Source of the DNA: Mobula hypostoma
Taxonomy: Eukaryota
DNA length: 64,000 nt
Direction: 5' to 3'
Assembly: GCF_963921235.1 (NCBI RefSeq)
Contig: NC_086108.1
Coordinates: forward strand, 29,948,001 to 30,012,000
The notes under the pieces were generated by a model. It was not told where the DNA came from. It saw only the letters and a program-made list of their open reading frames with translations, and did no database searches. Positions 51,301 to 59,650 of this stretch are shown here, one piece after another. A program made the translations under genes and the position numbers. Position 1 is the stretch's first letter. Every line of letters starts with the position of its first letter.

Positions 51301-54300
51301 CATAATATTGGGGGCACTCTGTTATTCTTTGATTTGAACTCCCTTGTTTTGTTGGGAAAAGCAAATGAGCATTATGTTAATTTGATTTGATTATTTGTTC
51401 AAAATATCCCTTGTATGTAGTCAAAACTGTTGCAAACGTCAGAAAAATTGACCTGAATGACAATGTTTTAAAATTGATGGGACTTCGAGCTGCTGCAGTA
51501 GTTGTAACATTTCCTTCCTTTGCCTGCCGTGTGGCTTTTCGAGGGATTGCTGACACACTATTTACTTTCAAGCAAACCAAATTTTCAGTGCCATTTCTGG
51601 AGAAGATATGGGGCTTTTTTTAAATTTAAAAGCCTATTTGATTGGCATGCTCAGCCCCCTTCTCCCCCACCCCTCAGGGTAGGTGAAAAATAATAAATTT
51701 GAGGGCAAAGGTTACTGTTTCTCTATTCGGAAAAACTCCCCAATTCTGTTGCAGTAAACAATATATTTACCTCCTGGGGCCAGTTGCTAGCTGTTTAATC
51801 TGTGGACATGTTCCTACCAACATGTCGTGGAATTATCGTCGCCACCACCCAGGAAGCACAATGCACACCAATAAGCTGGTACATTCTGTCATTTCAGTAT
51901 CCTGTTTTCCTTGTATAATTCCAGAGTGTTTTGCAACTGAGGTTAAGATCTTGCACTCCATTCAGGAACTGAATATTGCTAACAGTTTTTACTTTAATCA
52001 GCTCCTCTGAGCTATCTTTTATGTAAACAAGAAACACTTACTGGGACACATTGCGAAAACAGTATTTAAAATCTACTGCAACACACATCAAAGTTGCTGG
52101 TGAACGCAGTAGGCCAGGCAGCATCTCTTGGAAGAGGTACCGTCAACTATTCCAGCTGAGACCCTTCGTCAGGACACAAAATCTACTGCTGTCTTACTGA
52201 TAAAGTTTTAAAACACAGTGTATTTAGAAAGAAACTGGTCTGGTGAAGTTGAATTCTTTGTACAATTTACTTGCTGAAAGAAGTAGCTGGATAAAAACTT
52301 CCATTAACCCAGGTCTGGGAGGTGATGGCATTAAAACCAGTCATTACTACTTAGCATTTTTCTAAACACTACTTGTACAATGTTCACTGACTGGTTTTGT
52401 CGTTGGATAACAAGCAGTTGTCTTTTAATCCCTGTTGAAGAATCCCCAGTCTCTTTCTAGCATCCCCCCACCCCAACTAAAACTGCAATCTACTAACATA
52501 TAAGATAAAGAGAAACATAGAAACATAGAAAATAGGTGCAGGAGTAGGCCATTCGGCCCTTCGAGCCTGCACCGCCATTTATTATGATCATGGCTGATCC
52601 TCCAACTCAGAACCCCGCCCCAGCCTTCCCTCCATACCCCCTGACCCCCGTAGCCACAAGGGCCATATCTAACTCCCTCTTAAATATAGCCAATGAACTG
52701 GCCTCAACTGTTTCCTGTGGCAGAGAATTCCACAGATTCACCACTCTCTGTGTGAAGAAGTTTTTCCTAATCTCGGTCCTAAAAGGCTTCCCCTCTATCC
52801 TCAAACTGTGGCTCCTCGTTCTGGACTTCCCCAACATCGGGAACAATCTTCCTGCATCTAGCCTGTCCAATCCCTTTAGGATTTTATACGTTTCAATCAG
52901 ATCCCCCCTCAATCTTCTAAATTCCAACGAGTACAAGCCCAGTTCATCCAGTCTTTCTTCATATGAAAGTCCTGCCATCCCAGGAATCAATCTGGTGAAC
53001 CTTCTTTGTACTCCCTCTATGGCAAGTATGTCTTTCCTCAGATTAGGGGACCAAAACTGCACACAATACTCCAGGTGTGGTCTCACCAAGGCCTTGTACA
53101 ACTGCAGTAGTACCTCCCTGCTCCTGTACTCGAATCCTCTCGCTATAAATGCCAGCATACCATTCACCTTTTTCACCGCCGGCTGTACCTGCATCCCCAC
53201 TTTCAATGACTGGTGATGCTTTTTCTCTTCCTGTCTAGCTGACCAGCCAAGACAAGACGCCTGTTGTAATCCAGAGAGCCATGTCCAAGCACAATCTGGA
53301 AGGAGAGCATTCAGAGGAATATCAGCTTGTCCAGGTCATCTCAGAAGATAGAGGTGAGGAATGAAAATCAAGGTTCTACAATGCTTAAAAAAAGGCAGTC
53401 TTCTGACTGATTTCCTTTGAATACTGGAGAAATCAAATTTCTTGAACTAAATTCACATTGACCCAGAATTACTTACATGATCCTGTCTGGAGTAATTCTG
53501 TTTTGTTGGCATATTAGAGATGCTGCCACAGAACTCTTAAGAACCCAAGTTTGATCCTGACCTTCACTGCTGTCTGTGAGGTTCTGTCTGTGATTGTGTA
53601 AATTTCCATAAGACCATAAGAAATAGCATCATTTGATTTCATGTCTGATTTATAACCCCTTTCAACCCCATTCTTCTGCCTTCTGCCCATGATCTTAGAT
53701 GCCCTTACTAACAAGACCTCCACTTTCAGTATATCTAACGACTTGTCCTCCACTGCCAGCTGTGGCAATGAATTCTATAGATTCACCACCATGACTAAAG
53801 AAATTCCTCCTCTTCTCTTTTCTAAAGGGACAACCTCCTCTCCTGACACTGTGCAGTCTGGTTCTAGGCTCTCCCACTATTTGAAAAATCCTCCTTTTAA
53901 TATTTGGTAGATTAAAATGAGATTTTCCTGCCCCCCCCCCCCCACCATTCTTCTAAACCTTAGCAAGTACAGGCCCAAAGCCATCAGACGCTCTTCATTC
54001 CCAGGATAATTCTTGTAAATCTCCTGGGCCCTCTCCAATGCCAGCGCATCCTTTCTTGGATATGGGCCCCTATTTCCTCTGGGTGCTCCAATTTTTTCCT
54101 GTATTTAAGGATATGTCAATAAATGAATGGGCCCTGCTCTAGGTGGGCGGCAGGGGTATTAATAGAGTTGATAAGCATGTGTACAAGAATAGGTTGTACG
54201 GGAATATGGGTGGGATTCCAGACTCAATGGTTCTGAATAGCAATCTCTTTTGTCACAAGTAATCATGATAAATGATTTGGATAATACAGAGTATACCAAA

Positions 54301-55425
54301 TTTATTTGGTTTTAATTTATTCCTTTAAAAATTGGTTTGCAGAAGTTTAAAAAATTTGACTTTACTCCTTGCTCAAGGCAAGAAAATTTGGTTGTTTCAG
54401 TGCTTGTAATTCATGATGCCCTCTGCTATTACCATCTGAAAAGTGAATATATAAGCCAAATGAAATTCGGCTTCACATTTCATGTCTTTTGATGTGTTCA
54501 TGGGTAAAATTCTTGCAGCTCTGAGTCTAAAATTAGCTAAGTAGAATTCTCCCCAAAAAACTGAAAATTAATGGCAGAACTCACAGTTACATTGCGTTCT
54601 TATTTCTTCTATAAAGGCACTGATGGTGAGCCTTCTCGTATAGTGTTGCTGACATTTTGGTGCTTTTTCTGTCTGGTGTTTATAGATATCCAGTTTATAT
54701 TTCCTGCAACAGAAATTCCTGTAATTGTTTTTTTTTAAGCGATGATGTAGTAGTATCTTTCAGTCTTCATTACTGAGATCAGTAAAATAGCCCTTGATGT
54801 TGAATTGTCTTAAAATGCATTTGGTTTATTTCTTGTTCTTCTGGAGTGAAAGCTAGAAGATATTTCCCACTCTTTTCTTGATTTGACTTCAGACCGGTAT
54901 CAGTCCTGTTGCCTCTGATCAGGCTGCTGAAGTTGCCAAATTTTTTCCATTTTATCAAAAGAAAAACATGTTAAAGAAAGTGGCATATACAAATCTGTGG
55001 AGGAATGATAGTGGCAATAAATGTGTCTAAACAAAGATGTATTTTTTAAAAAATTCATGTTGAACCTATTCAAAATGAAGTACAGTAGATACTGGTATTT
55101 CAGCTGTAGATTCTAATCCAAACCCTTGCTTAAACTAAGTCCGACTGGTGAGCTACTCTTAATTCTATATCTAGTTCTGTAGACTTGTACTCACATAACA
55201 AGATAGTCATGTAAATATATATCACCTTTTTTTTTTCCAGAACTGGTAATTCCAGACAATGCCAATGTGTTTTATGCAATGAACACCTCTGTGAATTTTG
55301 ACTTTATTCTGAGAAAGCGGAGCCTAAATCGACAGGTTAAACTGCGGAGTCGATCCAGCTCTACGCTACCGAGAACTGCCAAAAAAGGAATAATGACAAA
55401 CAGACTGAGCAAAGTTACGCTGTGA
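12172..55425 (+). CDS. RGL1: Ral guanine nucleotide dissociation stimulator-like 1, spliced 5'-partial CDS (16 exons, 2190 nt incl. TGA)
   Basis: The joined exons read [55 protein letters not shown]...[19 protein letters not shown]...[25 protein letters not shown]...[15 protein letters not shown]...SKVTL*. This closely matches vertebrate RGL1 as I recall it, rather than RALGDS, RGL2 or RGL3. All introns are GT-AG with consistent phases. Confidence 0.95.
12740..12945 (-). mobile_element. V-SINE (HE1-like) fragment
   Basis: gaaactggagcacccagaggaaacccatgcagtc...acaaactccatacagacag; same family as 1178-1452. Confidence 0.7.
13088..13232 (-). mobile_element. LINE 3'-end fragment (Rex/Babar-like) with (TTCAAAG)n tail
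   Basis: ttcaaagttcaaagtaaatttattatc... motif also at about 30618, 34805 and 58025; at 34805 it is contiguous with Rex-type ORF2 sequence. Confidence 0.6.
14326..14522. mobile_element. Short palindromic Penelope-derived element with ~17-bp TSD
   Basis: Inverted arms around CTGACGA-AGGGTCTCGGCCC-GAAA (14385-14408); flanked by taaactaat(t/a)gaacaac at 14309-14325 and 14523-14539. Confidence 0.85.
14854..14931 (+). CDS. RGL1: RGL1 exon (78 nt)
   Basis: ttgcag|GTACGGAAAC...ATTAGGAA|gtaagt; [26 protein letters not shown]; too short for the ORF track. Confidence 0.92.
14950..15840 (+). mobile_element. Penelope-like retroelement, 5'-truncated, with GIY-YIG endonuclease and 3' pLTR
   Basis: ORF 15073-15399 [29 protein letters not shown]...[19 protein letters not shown]; pyrimidine-rich 3'UTR; hammerhead motif at 15704-15739 (G12 replaced by T). 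Confidence 0.9.
16204..18260 (+). mobile_element. hAT (Charlie/Buster-type) transposon relic, interrupted by a Tx1 element
   Basis: TIR-like start caaggtttctcaac; after the insert the sequence encodes YLSLGFT...[25 protein letters not shown] (BED zinc finger of Buster/Charlie transposases). Confidence 0.75.
16785..18040 (-). mobile_element. Tx1-like (L1 clade) retrotransposon fragment
   Basis: GC-rich; minus-strand peptides [15 protein letters not shown], [15 protein letters not shown](C)ERLQ (zinc knuckle) and [17 protein letters not shown]. Confidence 0.75.
18320..18725 (+). mobile_element. Rex/Babar-like LINE fragment, internally deleted
   Basis: gagctgattgtggacttcagaaagggtaag (ELIVDFRKG) and a 3' end homologous to 58610-59650. 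Confidence 0.7.
19750..19943 (+). CDS. RGL1: RGL1 exon (194 nt), REM domain end
   Basis: ttctag|CGCAATAGCC...CTGGACA|gtaaga; [17 protein letters not shown]...[10 protein letters not shown]. Confidence 0.95.
21134..21315. mobile_element. Short palindromic Penelope-derived element with 13-bp TSD
   Basis: Inverted arms tgctggaggaactca / tgagttcctccagca around a degenerate hammerhead at 21221-21255; tca(c/t)tcagtgcaa at 21121-21133 and 21316-21328. Confidence 0.8.
22491..22624 (+). CDS. RGL1: RGL1 exon (134 nt)
   Basis: gtacag|ATGGTTAC...GATGCT|gtaagt; ends [10 protein letters not shown]. Confidence 0.93.
23995..24210 (+). CDS. RGL1: RGL1 exon (216 nt), RasGEF domain
   Basis: ttttag|GAATTGTTC...GCCCAG|gtaaca; [22 protein letters not shown]...[10 protein letters not shown]. 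Confidence 0.95.
24222..24795 (-). mobile_element. Rex/Babar-like LINE 3' fragment
   Basis: Reverse-complement homolog of 59090-59650. Confidence 0.85.
26391..26494 (+). CDS. RGL1: RGL1 exon (104 nt), RasGEF domain
   Basis: cattag|GAATGCAGG...TCAAA|gtaagt; [34 protein letters not shown]. Confidence 0.95.
26695..26764. mobile_element. hAT-Charlie-type MITE
   Basis: TIRs CAGGGGTTCCCAA...TTGGGAACCCCTG; related copy at 51072-51150. Confidence 0.75.
27189..27273 (+). CDS. RGL1: RGL1 exon (85 nt)
   Basis: gattag|AGACAGC...ATGAGG|gtaagg; [28 protein letters not shown]. Confidence 0.94.
28760..29042. mobile_element. Palindromic Penelope-derived element
   Basis: cacacaaaatgctggaggaactcagcag / ctgctgagttccttcagcattttgtgtg arms; hammerhead remnants on both strands (28822-28858 minus, 28912-28947 plus). 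Confidence 0.8.
31245..31334 (+). CDS. RGL1: RGL1 exon (90 nt)
   Basis: tttcag|GAAGGCACT...GATATG|gtaggt; [30 protein letters not shown]. Confidence 0.95.
31838..33306 (+). mobile_element. Penelope-like retroelement, degenerate RT C-terminus, GIY-YIG and pLTR
   Basis: Encodes [28 protein letters not shown] and [15 protein letters not shown] remnants; hammerhead relic at 33173-33208. Confidence 0.88.
34675..34761 (+). CDS. RGL1: RGL1 exon (87 nt)
   Basis: ccccag|GGTGTG...GTTGAT|gtaagt; [29 protein letters not shown]. Confidence 0.95.
34805..35560 (-). mobile_element. Rex/Babar-like LINE 3' fragment
   Basis: ORF 35153-35365 [36 protein letters not shown]; (TTCAAAG)n tail. Confidence 0.8.
36432..36745 (+). 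mobile_element. Rex/Babar-like LINE 3' fragment
   Basis: catccaggcaatgctctc...ttcaggaacagttattaccc, homologous to the 35153 ORF. Confidence 0.65.
36800..36832 (+). CDS. RGL1: RGL1 short exon (33 nt)
   Basis: tcctag|GGTGGTTTGATCAACTTTGAAAAGAGGAGAAGG|gttagt; [11 protein letters not shown]. Confidence 0.93.
37359..37730 (+). mobile_element. RTE/BovB-related SINE-like element with ~12-bp TSD
   Basis: 3' part resembles the BovB/Sauria tail (gagaaggc...ttgccaag); flanked by atattt(t)tcccag; inverted copy at 61440-61818. Confidence 0.7.
38348..38469 (+). CDS. RGL1: RGL1 exon (122 nt)
   Basis: tgacag|GAGTTTGAG...GAAAG|gtaaga; [19 protein letters not shown]...LTDEE. Confidence 0.95.
39359..39448 (+). 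CDS. RGL1: RGL1 exon (90 nt)
   Basis: ctgcag|CTATAGT...AGTCT|gtgagt; [29 protein letters not shown]. Confidence 0.94.
40888..41562 (+). mobile_element. CpG-rich non-autonomous retroelement nested in Tc1
   Basis: Starts gagggaggagAAGATGGCGGc; ends ...gacAATAAAagaggactgcgtgtcctcataat; flanked by cttaa. Confidence 0.7.
41808..42231 (+). mobile_element. RTE-derived non-autonomous element nested in Tc1
   Basis: RTE-like 5' motif tggtagggtcacccatgccaaacag and 3' agatggaggccctt; flanked by catttca (41801-41807, 42232-42238). Confidence 0.6.
44560..45092 (+). repeat. Retroelement 3' region with degenerate ~40-bp G-rich minisatellite
   Basis: About 8 units like ttttctgtgagtgagggggttggggattattgttg; ends tactttgacaataaa...ctttgaac. 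Confidence 0.6.
45234..45930 (+). mobile_element. Penelope-like retroelement 3' fragment with tandemly reiterated 5' junction
   Basis: Highly similar to 15192-15840; 44-bp unit repeated about 2.6 times at 45234-45348. Confidence 0.9.
45795..45830 (+). ncRNA. Minimal type I hammerhead ribozyme, intact core
   Basis: Helix I AGTC/GACT; core CTGACGA; helix II AGGGTCTCGGCCT; GAA plus palindromic ACGT; GTC cleavage triplet ending at 45826. Confidence 0.8.
46383..46718. repeat. Diverged local tandem duplication (~120-140 bp)
   Basis: aattgcttacatt...ttgtccaaagtgagcagg occurs twice; actgattattaacaagtcag at 46383 and 46521. Confidence 0.75.
46948..48905 (-). mobile_element. CR1-clade LINE, older subfamily, degenerate
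   Basis: ORFs 47881-48831 ([13 protein letters not shown]) and 47300-47728 (HLEYCVQFW); cataag-type tail. Confidence 0.9.
49106..49298 (+). CDS. RGL1: RGL1 exon (193 nt), Ser-rich linker
   Basis: gtgcag|GCTCTTT...CAAAAG|gtgact; LFLGSDVIT...[14 protein letters not shown]...PQQK. Confidence 0.92.
49912..50165 (-). mobile_element. V-SINE-related fragment
   Basis: gtctttggaatgtgggagaaaaccag...gaggaaacccacagacacggagagaacatacgaact. Confidence 0.6.
50556..50810 (+). CDS. RGL1: RGL1 exon (255 nt), linker and RA domain start
   Basis: ttccag|TCATCTGAA...ATCTTG|gtaagt; [16 protein letters not shown]...HKRSISV...[19 protein letters not shown]. Confidence 0.95.
51072..51150. mobile_element. hAT-Charlie-type MITE
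   Basis: TIRs CAGGGGTTCCCAA...TTGGGAACCCCTG. Confidence 0.75.
52080..52177 (-). mobile_element. Solo Penelope terminus (antisense) with 12-bp TSD
   Basis: Reverse complement of 45796-45891; aaaatctactgc at 52068-52079 and 52178-52189. Confidence 0.8.
52511..53215 (-). mobile_element. CR1-clade LINE 3' fragment, young
   Basis: Uninterrupted ORF2 C-terminus 52607-53206; near-identical to 5550-6245; (AGAAACAT)n tail. Confidence 0.95.
53239..53353 (+). CDS. RGL1: RGL1 exon (115 nt), RA domain
   Basis: gtctag|CTGACCAGC...GATAGAG|gtgagg; [20 protein letters not shown]...[11 protein letters not shown]. Confidence 0.95.
53550..54070 (-). mobile_element. Composite of SINE and CR1 3' relics
   Basis: tgtggcaatgaattctatagattcaccac and related CR1 3' motifs, diverged. 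Confidence 0.6.
55241..55425 (+). CDS. RGL1: RGL1 terminal coding exon (to TGA 55423-55425)
   Basis: ttccag|AACTGGTAATT...[35 protein letters not shown]...LSKVTL*. Confidence 0.95.
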
Positions 55426-56850
55426 GGGAGACCGACTTCAGTGCATTCATCTCCGCCAGAGATGGACACTACCACTCAGTATTGAGAGCCCTGGAATGTA
55501 TGTGAATAAATATCACCTAGGCAGTATTTTACTTAATTTACCCAACAACATGAATGGCATTGACCAAACTTTAAACTTTTGAGAATAGTGCTTGTTCATT
55601 GTTGAAATGTTTTGCACATCAGCCTTGTTTAGAATAGGCTGAGTTTTATTCAGGCTGGAGGATCATTGGCAGGCTTGTCACAGCCCCAGTGAAGATCAAG
55701 TGAATCAATTCAAAGAAGGGGAGGAAAAACTTTATTTACTAACCCTGTTGACTAATTGTGGTTGTTGGCTCTGTTTCCTGCAAGGTCACATTAGAACTAG
55801 TGACTGCACTCCAGTCATTGGCCGGATGATGAATACTTTTAGAAAGTGTTTGGATTGGCCTTTAAACCCTTCAGCAGATGTTTCCTGCCTTTCACCCCTC
55901 CCTGCCTAATGATTTAATCACTTCTGGATGTACAGAATTAAACCTGCCTTCAACGAAGGACAACTGCAAGAAATGATGAAAGGAGGGCGTATTGTGCCAA
56001 TAATGTTGCACTTGTCTTGAAATGCTGGTCAGCTTTATACTGAACTGTTATTTTGTATGTACATTTGTAAATGTAAGCTGTTTAGGAGGGGCTGGGGGAT
56101 CTTTACAAGATGCAGAGGGGACCAAATTATCTGGATTATGAACATTATGACCATTTTTGTCCATCATTTTATCTGTTTTACGACTAGAACTGCCATTATC
56201 TTGTGGGCTCTGCCTGCTGTAACCTATCAAGCAAGCAATTCCCTTGTGCAGGATTTGACAGTCAAGAACCTAATCTTACGTTTGCTCATTGATCTTTTAA
56301 CTTCAGTGCAATCATTTCTCAGGTGTAGGGCATGTTCACTCCTCAGATACTTCCCAACCAAAAAAAACTTCAAAATAGCTTAAATGTGAAGAATGTCTCA
56401 ACAGTATTTAGTTTGTTTCAAATTTGGTTTTGCACTATGTATAAATTAAATGACACAAGTGCTTGATGCACTTTTACAGTTTCGGTATCTTTTTGCGCAA
56501 TTCCCACAGTTTTGGTATCCATGTGCCTATGAGCTGTGATGACACTTTGGGGAGCTCTCAGTCCTAGATTTGGAGCCCTTTGTTTTCTCTTTCCTCATCC
56601 TATTGATCTAGTAGATCCCTGTCAATGATTTGGTCATCAGATGCAATCACCCCAAACCACCAACTACTTAGATTAAAAATCTGGGCCATGTTTGTCAGCA
56701 CTGGGCATAGACATTATGATAAAATTGTCTAAGGTATTGGTGTAACTCCTGAATGTATACTTTTGTAAATATTTTTCCATATTCCTTGTATAATTGTATA
56801 ATTTGTTTTAAAATAGTTACTAAAAATAAATTTCATTGCATCAGCTTACT
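55426..56850 (+). other. RGL1: RGL1 3'UTR (putative)
   Basis: Repeat-poor sequence after the stop, ending in a U-rich block with several TGTA motifs followed by AATAAA. Confidence 0.6.
56825..56830 (+). terminator. Polyadenylation signal AATAAA (distal, likely major)
   Basis: AATAAA preceded by multiple TGTA elements and followed by a CA dinucleotide and a U-rich tract. Confidence 0.65.
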
Positions 56851-57354
56851 CTTTTCAATTTTTGAAGTGGAATGAATGTCTGGGATACTTAAGGTATTAG
56901 GTTTTGTTTGTAGTTATTTGTGCATCTCCGATCATAACTGCTACTCCCTGTTTATCTTGGATGTTGAGACCTCGGCTCCCTGAAATGTCATCTAGGCCAA
57001 GTTGTGGACTGGCCATCTGCATCATTGCCATCTTTAAAATATTTGATCTAACCACATACCAGATTCTCCAATGATCCACTGGCTGGCTGGGAAATGGTTG
57101 TGAGCTGTTCACACACTAAGATAACTCCGTTCTTTTTGTTCTACCCCACGCCCTCTCCCTTTGCACCTTTCCCCAATTTGTAATATCACATCCCAGTCCA
57201 TATTAAAACTGCATACAGACACTTGGATTTAAGTCCTGTCTGCTGACTATCTGCTGAGTGTGATTTCCCATTCTAATTCTCTGTCATCAAAGGCATTCAC
57301 TGAAATGTTCTAAACAACTGGATTTAAACTTTCTATATAACCAATTTACATATA

Positions 57355-57885
57355 GTAGAACATAAAACAGTACAGCACAGGAACAGGCCACTCAGCCAAA
57401 ATGTTGCGCTGAATCAGCTAAAAAGCAAATCAAAAACACCCAAACACTGATTACTCCTATCTATACCACATCCATGACCCTCCATCTTCCTCACATCCAT
57501 GCGTCTACCCAAAAGGCTCTTAAAAGCCTCTAATATATTTGCCTCTACCACCATACCAGGTAGCACGTTCCAGGCATCCACCATTCTCTGAGTAAAAAAA
57601 ACTTAGCCCTCACATCCCCCTTGAACCTACACCTTCTCACCTTCAATGTATGCCCTAGATTTCAACCCTGGGGAACAGATACTCTCTGTCCACTCGCTCT
57701 ATGCCTCTCGTAATCTTGTAAACCTCAGAGGGATTTAACCTCACCCTCCAGTGCTCCAGAGAAAACAACTCAAGTTTCTCCAGCCTCTCATGTTAGCATA
57801 CTGTGTGCCCTCTAAACCAGGCAGCATCCTGGTAAGCCTCTTCAACACCCTCTCCAAAGCCCCAACATCCATCCTGTAGTGGGCT
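57355..57885 (-). mobile_element. CR1/L2-type LINE 3' relic
   Basis: agaacataaaacagtacagcacaggaacaggcc tail; ccaggcagcatcctggtaa...ccctctccaaagc motif. Confidence 0.65.
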
Positions 57886-58609
57886 TCATTACTTTCCCTG
57901 AGTGGGCTCCTAGCTTACCTGCCATTTCCTCTTAATCTCTGTTCAGCATTCCTTGTCTCTCCATTTGCCGTCCTTTTCTAAGGTTGCTTTGAGTTCTTGA
58001 GCCCAGATCATGGTGGATGAGGTTTTAAAGTGCAAAGTAAATTTTTTTTATCAAAGTACATACATGTCACCATATACAAGCCTGAGATTCATTAAAGAAT
58101 CCAAACAAAGTTTAAAAGTTTCAAAATGTGCAGAGTTCAGTAAATAAATAAATTGGTTTTGTAGCACTAAATCATTTATTATGTTTCATCTATTACTGAT
58201 TTTCCACCCTAATTAAGTTTCTTTAAAATTAAACCTATCATCTATAATTCTGTGCTTCTCCTGGTATTAAATGAAATCATGTTGGAGTAGTACCTAAACA
58301 GTTCAATGAATCAGTCTTGACATTTTTCTGTTAAAGAACGTAAAATTGCCACCACTGCATAAAATGTGACTTCACTTGCACAAGCAATGGGTTCCTTTTA
58401 AAGCACAATCACTAAAGCAGTGACTCATTTGCATAAAATGTGCCCAAATAGATTTTCTTTTGGTAGAATTGACTGGAAGGAATATTAATCAGGGCACACA
58501 GTCGCTTACTGTTCAAGTGTGTTGGCTCTCTGCTCATCTCAATAAGCAAAAAAGGCTTTTAACATCTTCACCCAAAGACTACACCTATGTTCCTTAATGT
58601 TCAACTGGA

Positions 58610-59650
58610 AGACCACAATCTGTGAAGATTGGTGACGGTATCTCCTCCTTACTGATGATCAACACTGGCGCACCTCGGGTGTGTACTGAACCCACTGCTC
58701 TACTCTCTATACCCATGACGGTGTGGCTAGGCATAGCTCAAATACCATCTATGAATTTGCTGATGATACAACCATTGTTGTAGAATCTCAAATGGAGATG
58801 GGAGGGTTTACAGGAGTGAGATATACCGACTAGTGGAGTGGTATCGCAGCAACAACCTGGCACTCAACGTCAGTAAGATGGAAGAACTTATTGTGGACTT
58901 CAGGAAGGGTAAGATGAAGGAACACATAACAATCCTGATAGGGGGTCAGAAGTGGAGAGAGTGAGCAGTTTTTCAAGTTCCTGGGTGTGAAAATCTCTGA
59001 GGACTTAACTTGGTCCCAACATATCAATGTAACCGTAAAGAAGGCAAGACAGTGACCATACTTCATTAGGAGTTTGAAGAGATTTGGTATGCCAAGAAAA
59101 ACACTCAAAAACTTCTATAGATGTACTGTATTGTGGAGAGCATTTTGACAAGCTGCGTCACTGTCTGGTATGAGGGGAGAGCTACTGCACAGGACCGAAA
59201 GAAGCTGCAGAAGGTCGTAAATTTAGTTGGCTCCATCTTGGCTAATTGCCTACAAAGTACCCAGGACATCTTCAAGGAACAGTGTCTCAGAAAGGCAGTG
59301 TCTATTACTAAGGACCCCCAGCACCCAGGGCATGCACTTTTCTCACTGTTACCATCAGGTAGGAGGGACAGAAGCCTGAAGGCACACACTCAGCGATTCA
59401 GGAACAGCTTCTTCCCCTCTGCAATCTGATTCCTAAATAGACATTGAACCCATGAACACTACCTCACTTTTTTAATGTATATTATTTCTGTTTTTGCATG
59501 ATTTTTAATCTATTCAATATACATATACTGTAATTGATTTACTTATTTATTTTTACTTTCTTTCTTCTATATTATGCATTGTATTGAACTGCTGCTGCTA
59601 AGTTAACAAATTTCACGACACGCTGGTGATAATAAACCTGACTCTGATTC
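58610..59650 (+). mobile_element. Rex/Babar-clade LINE, 5'-truncated
   Basis: NTGAP, PLLYSLY and FADDT RT motifs; ORF 59121-59429 ESILTSCVTVWY...[18 protein letters not shown]; aataaacctgactctgatt tail. Confidence 0.88.

Noticed and set aside
52584..53216. 210-aa + strand ORF (also 5613-5840, 6024-6305, 7513-7926)
   Set aside because: These are antisense shadow frames of CR1 ORF2, not genes.
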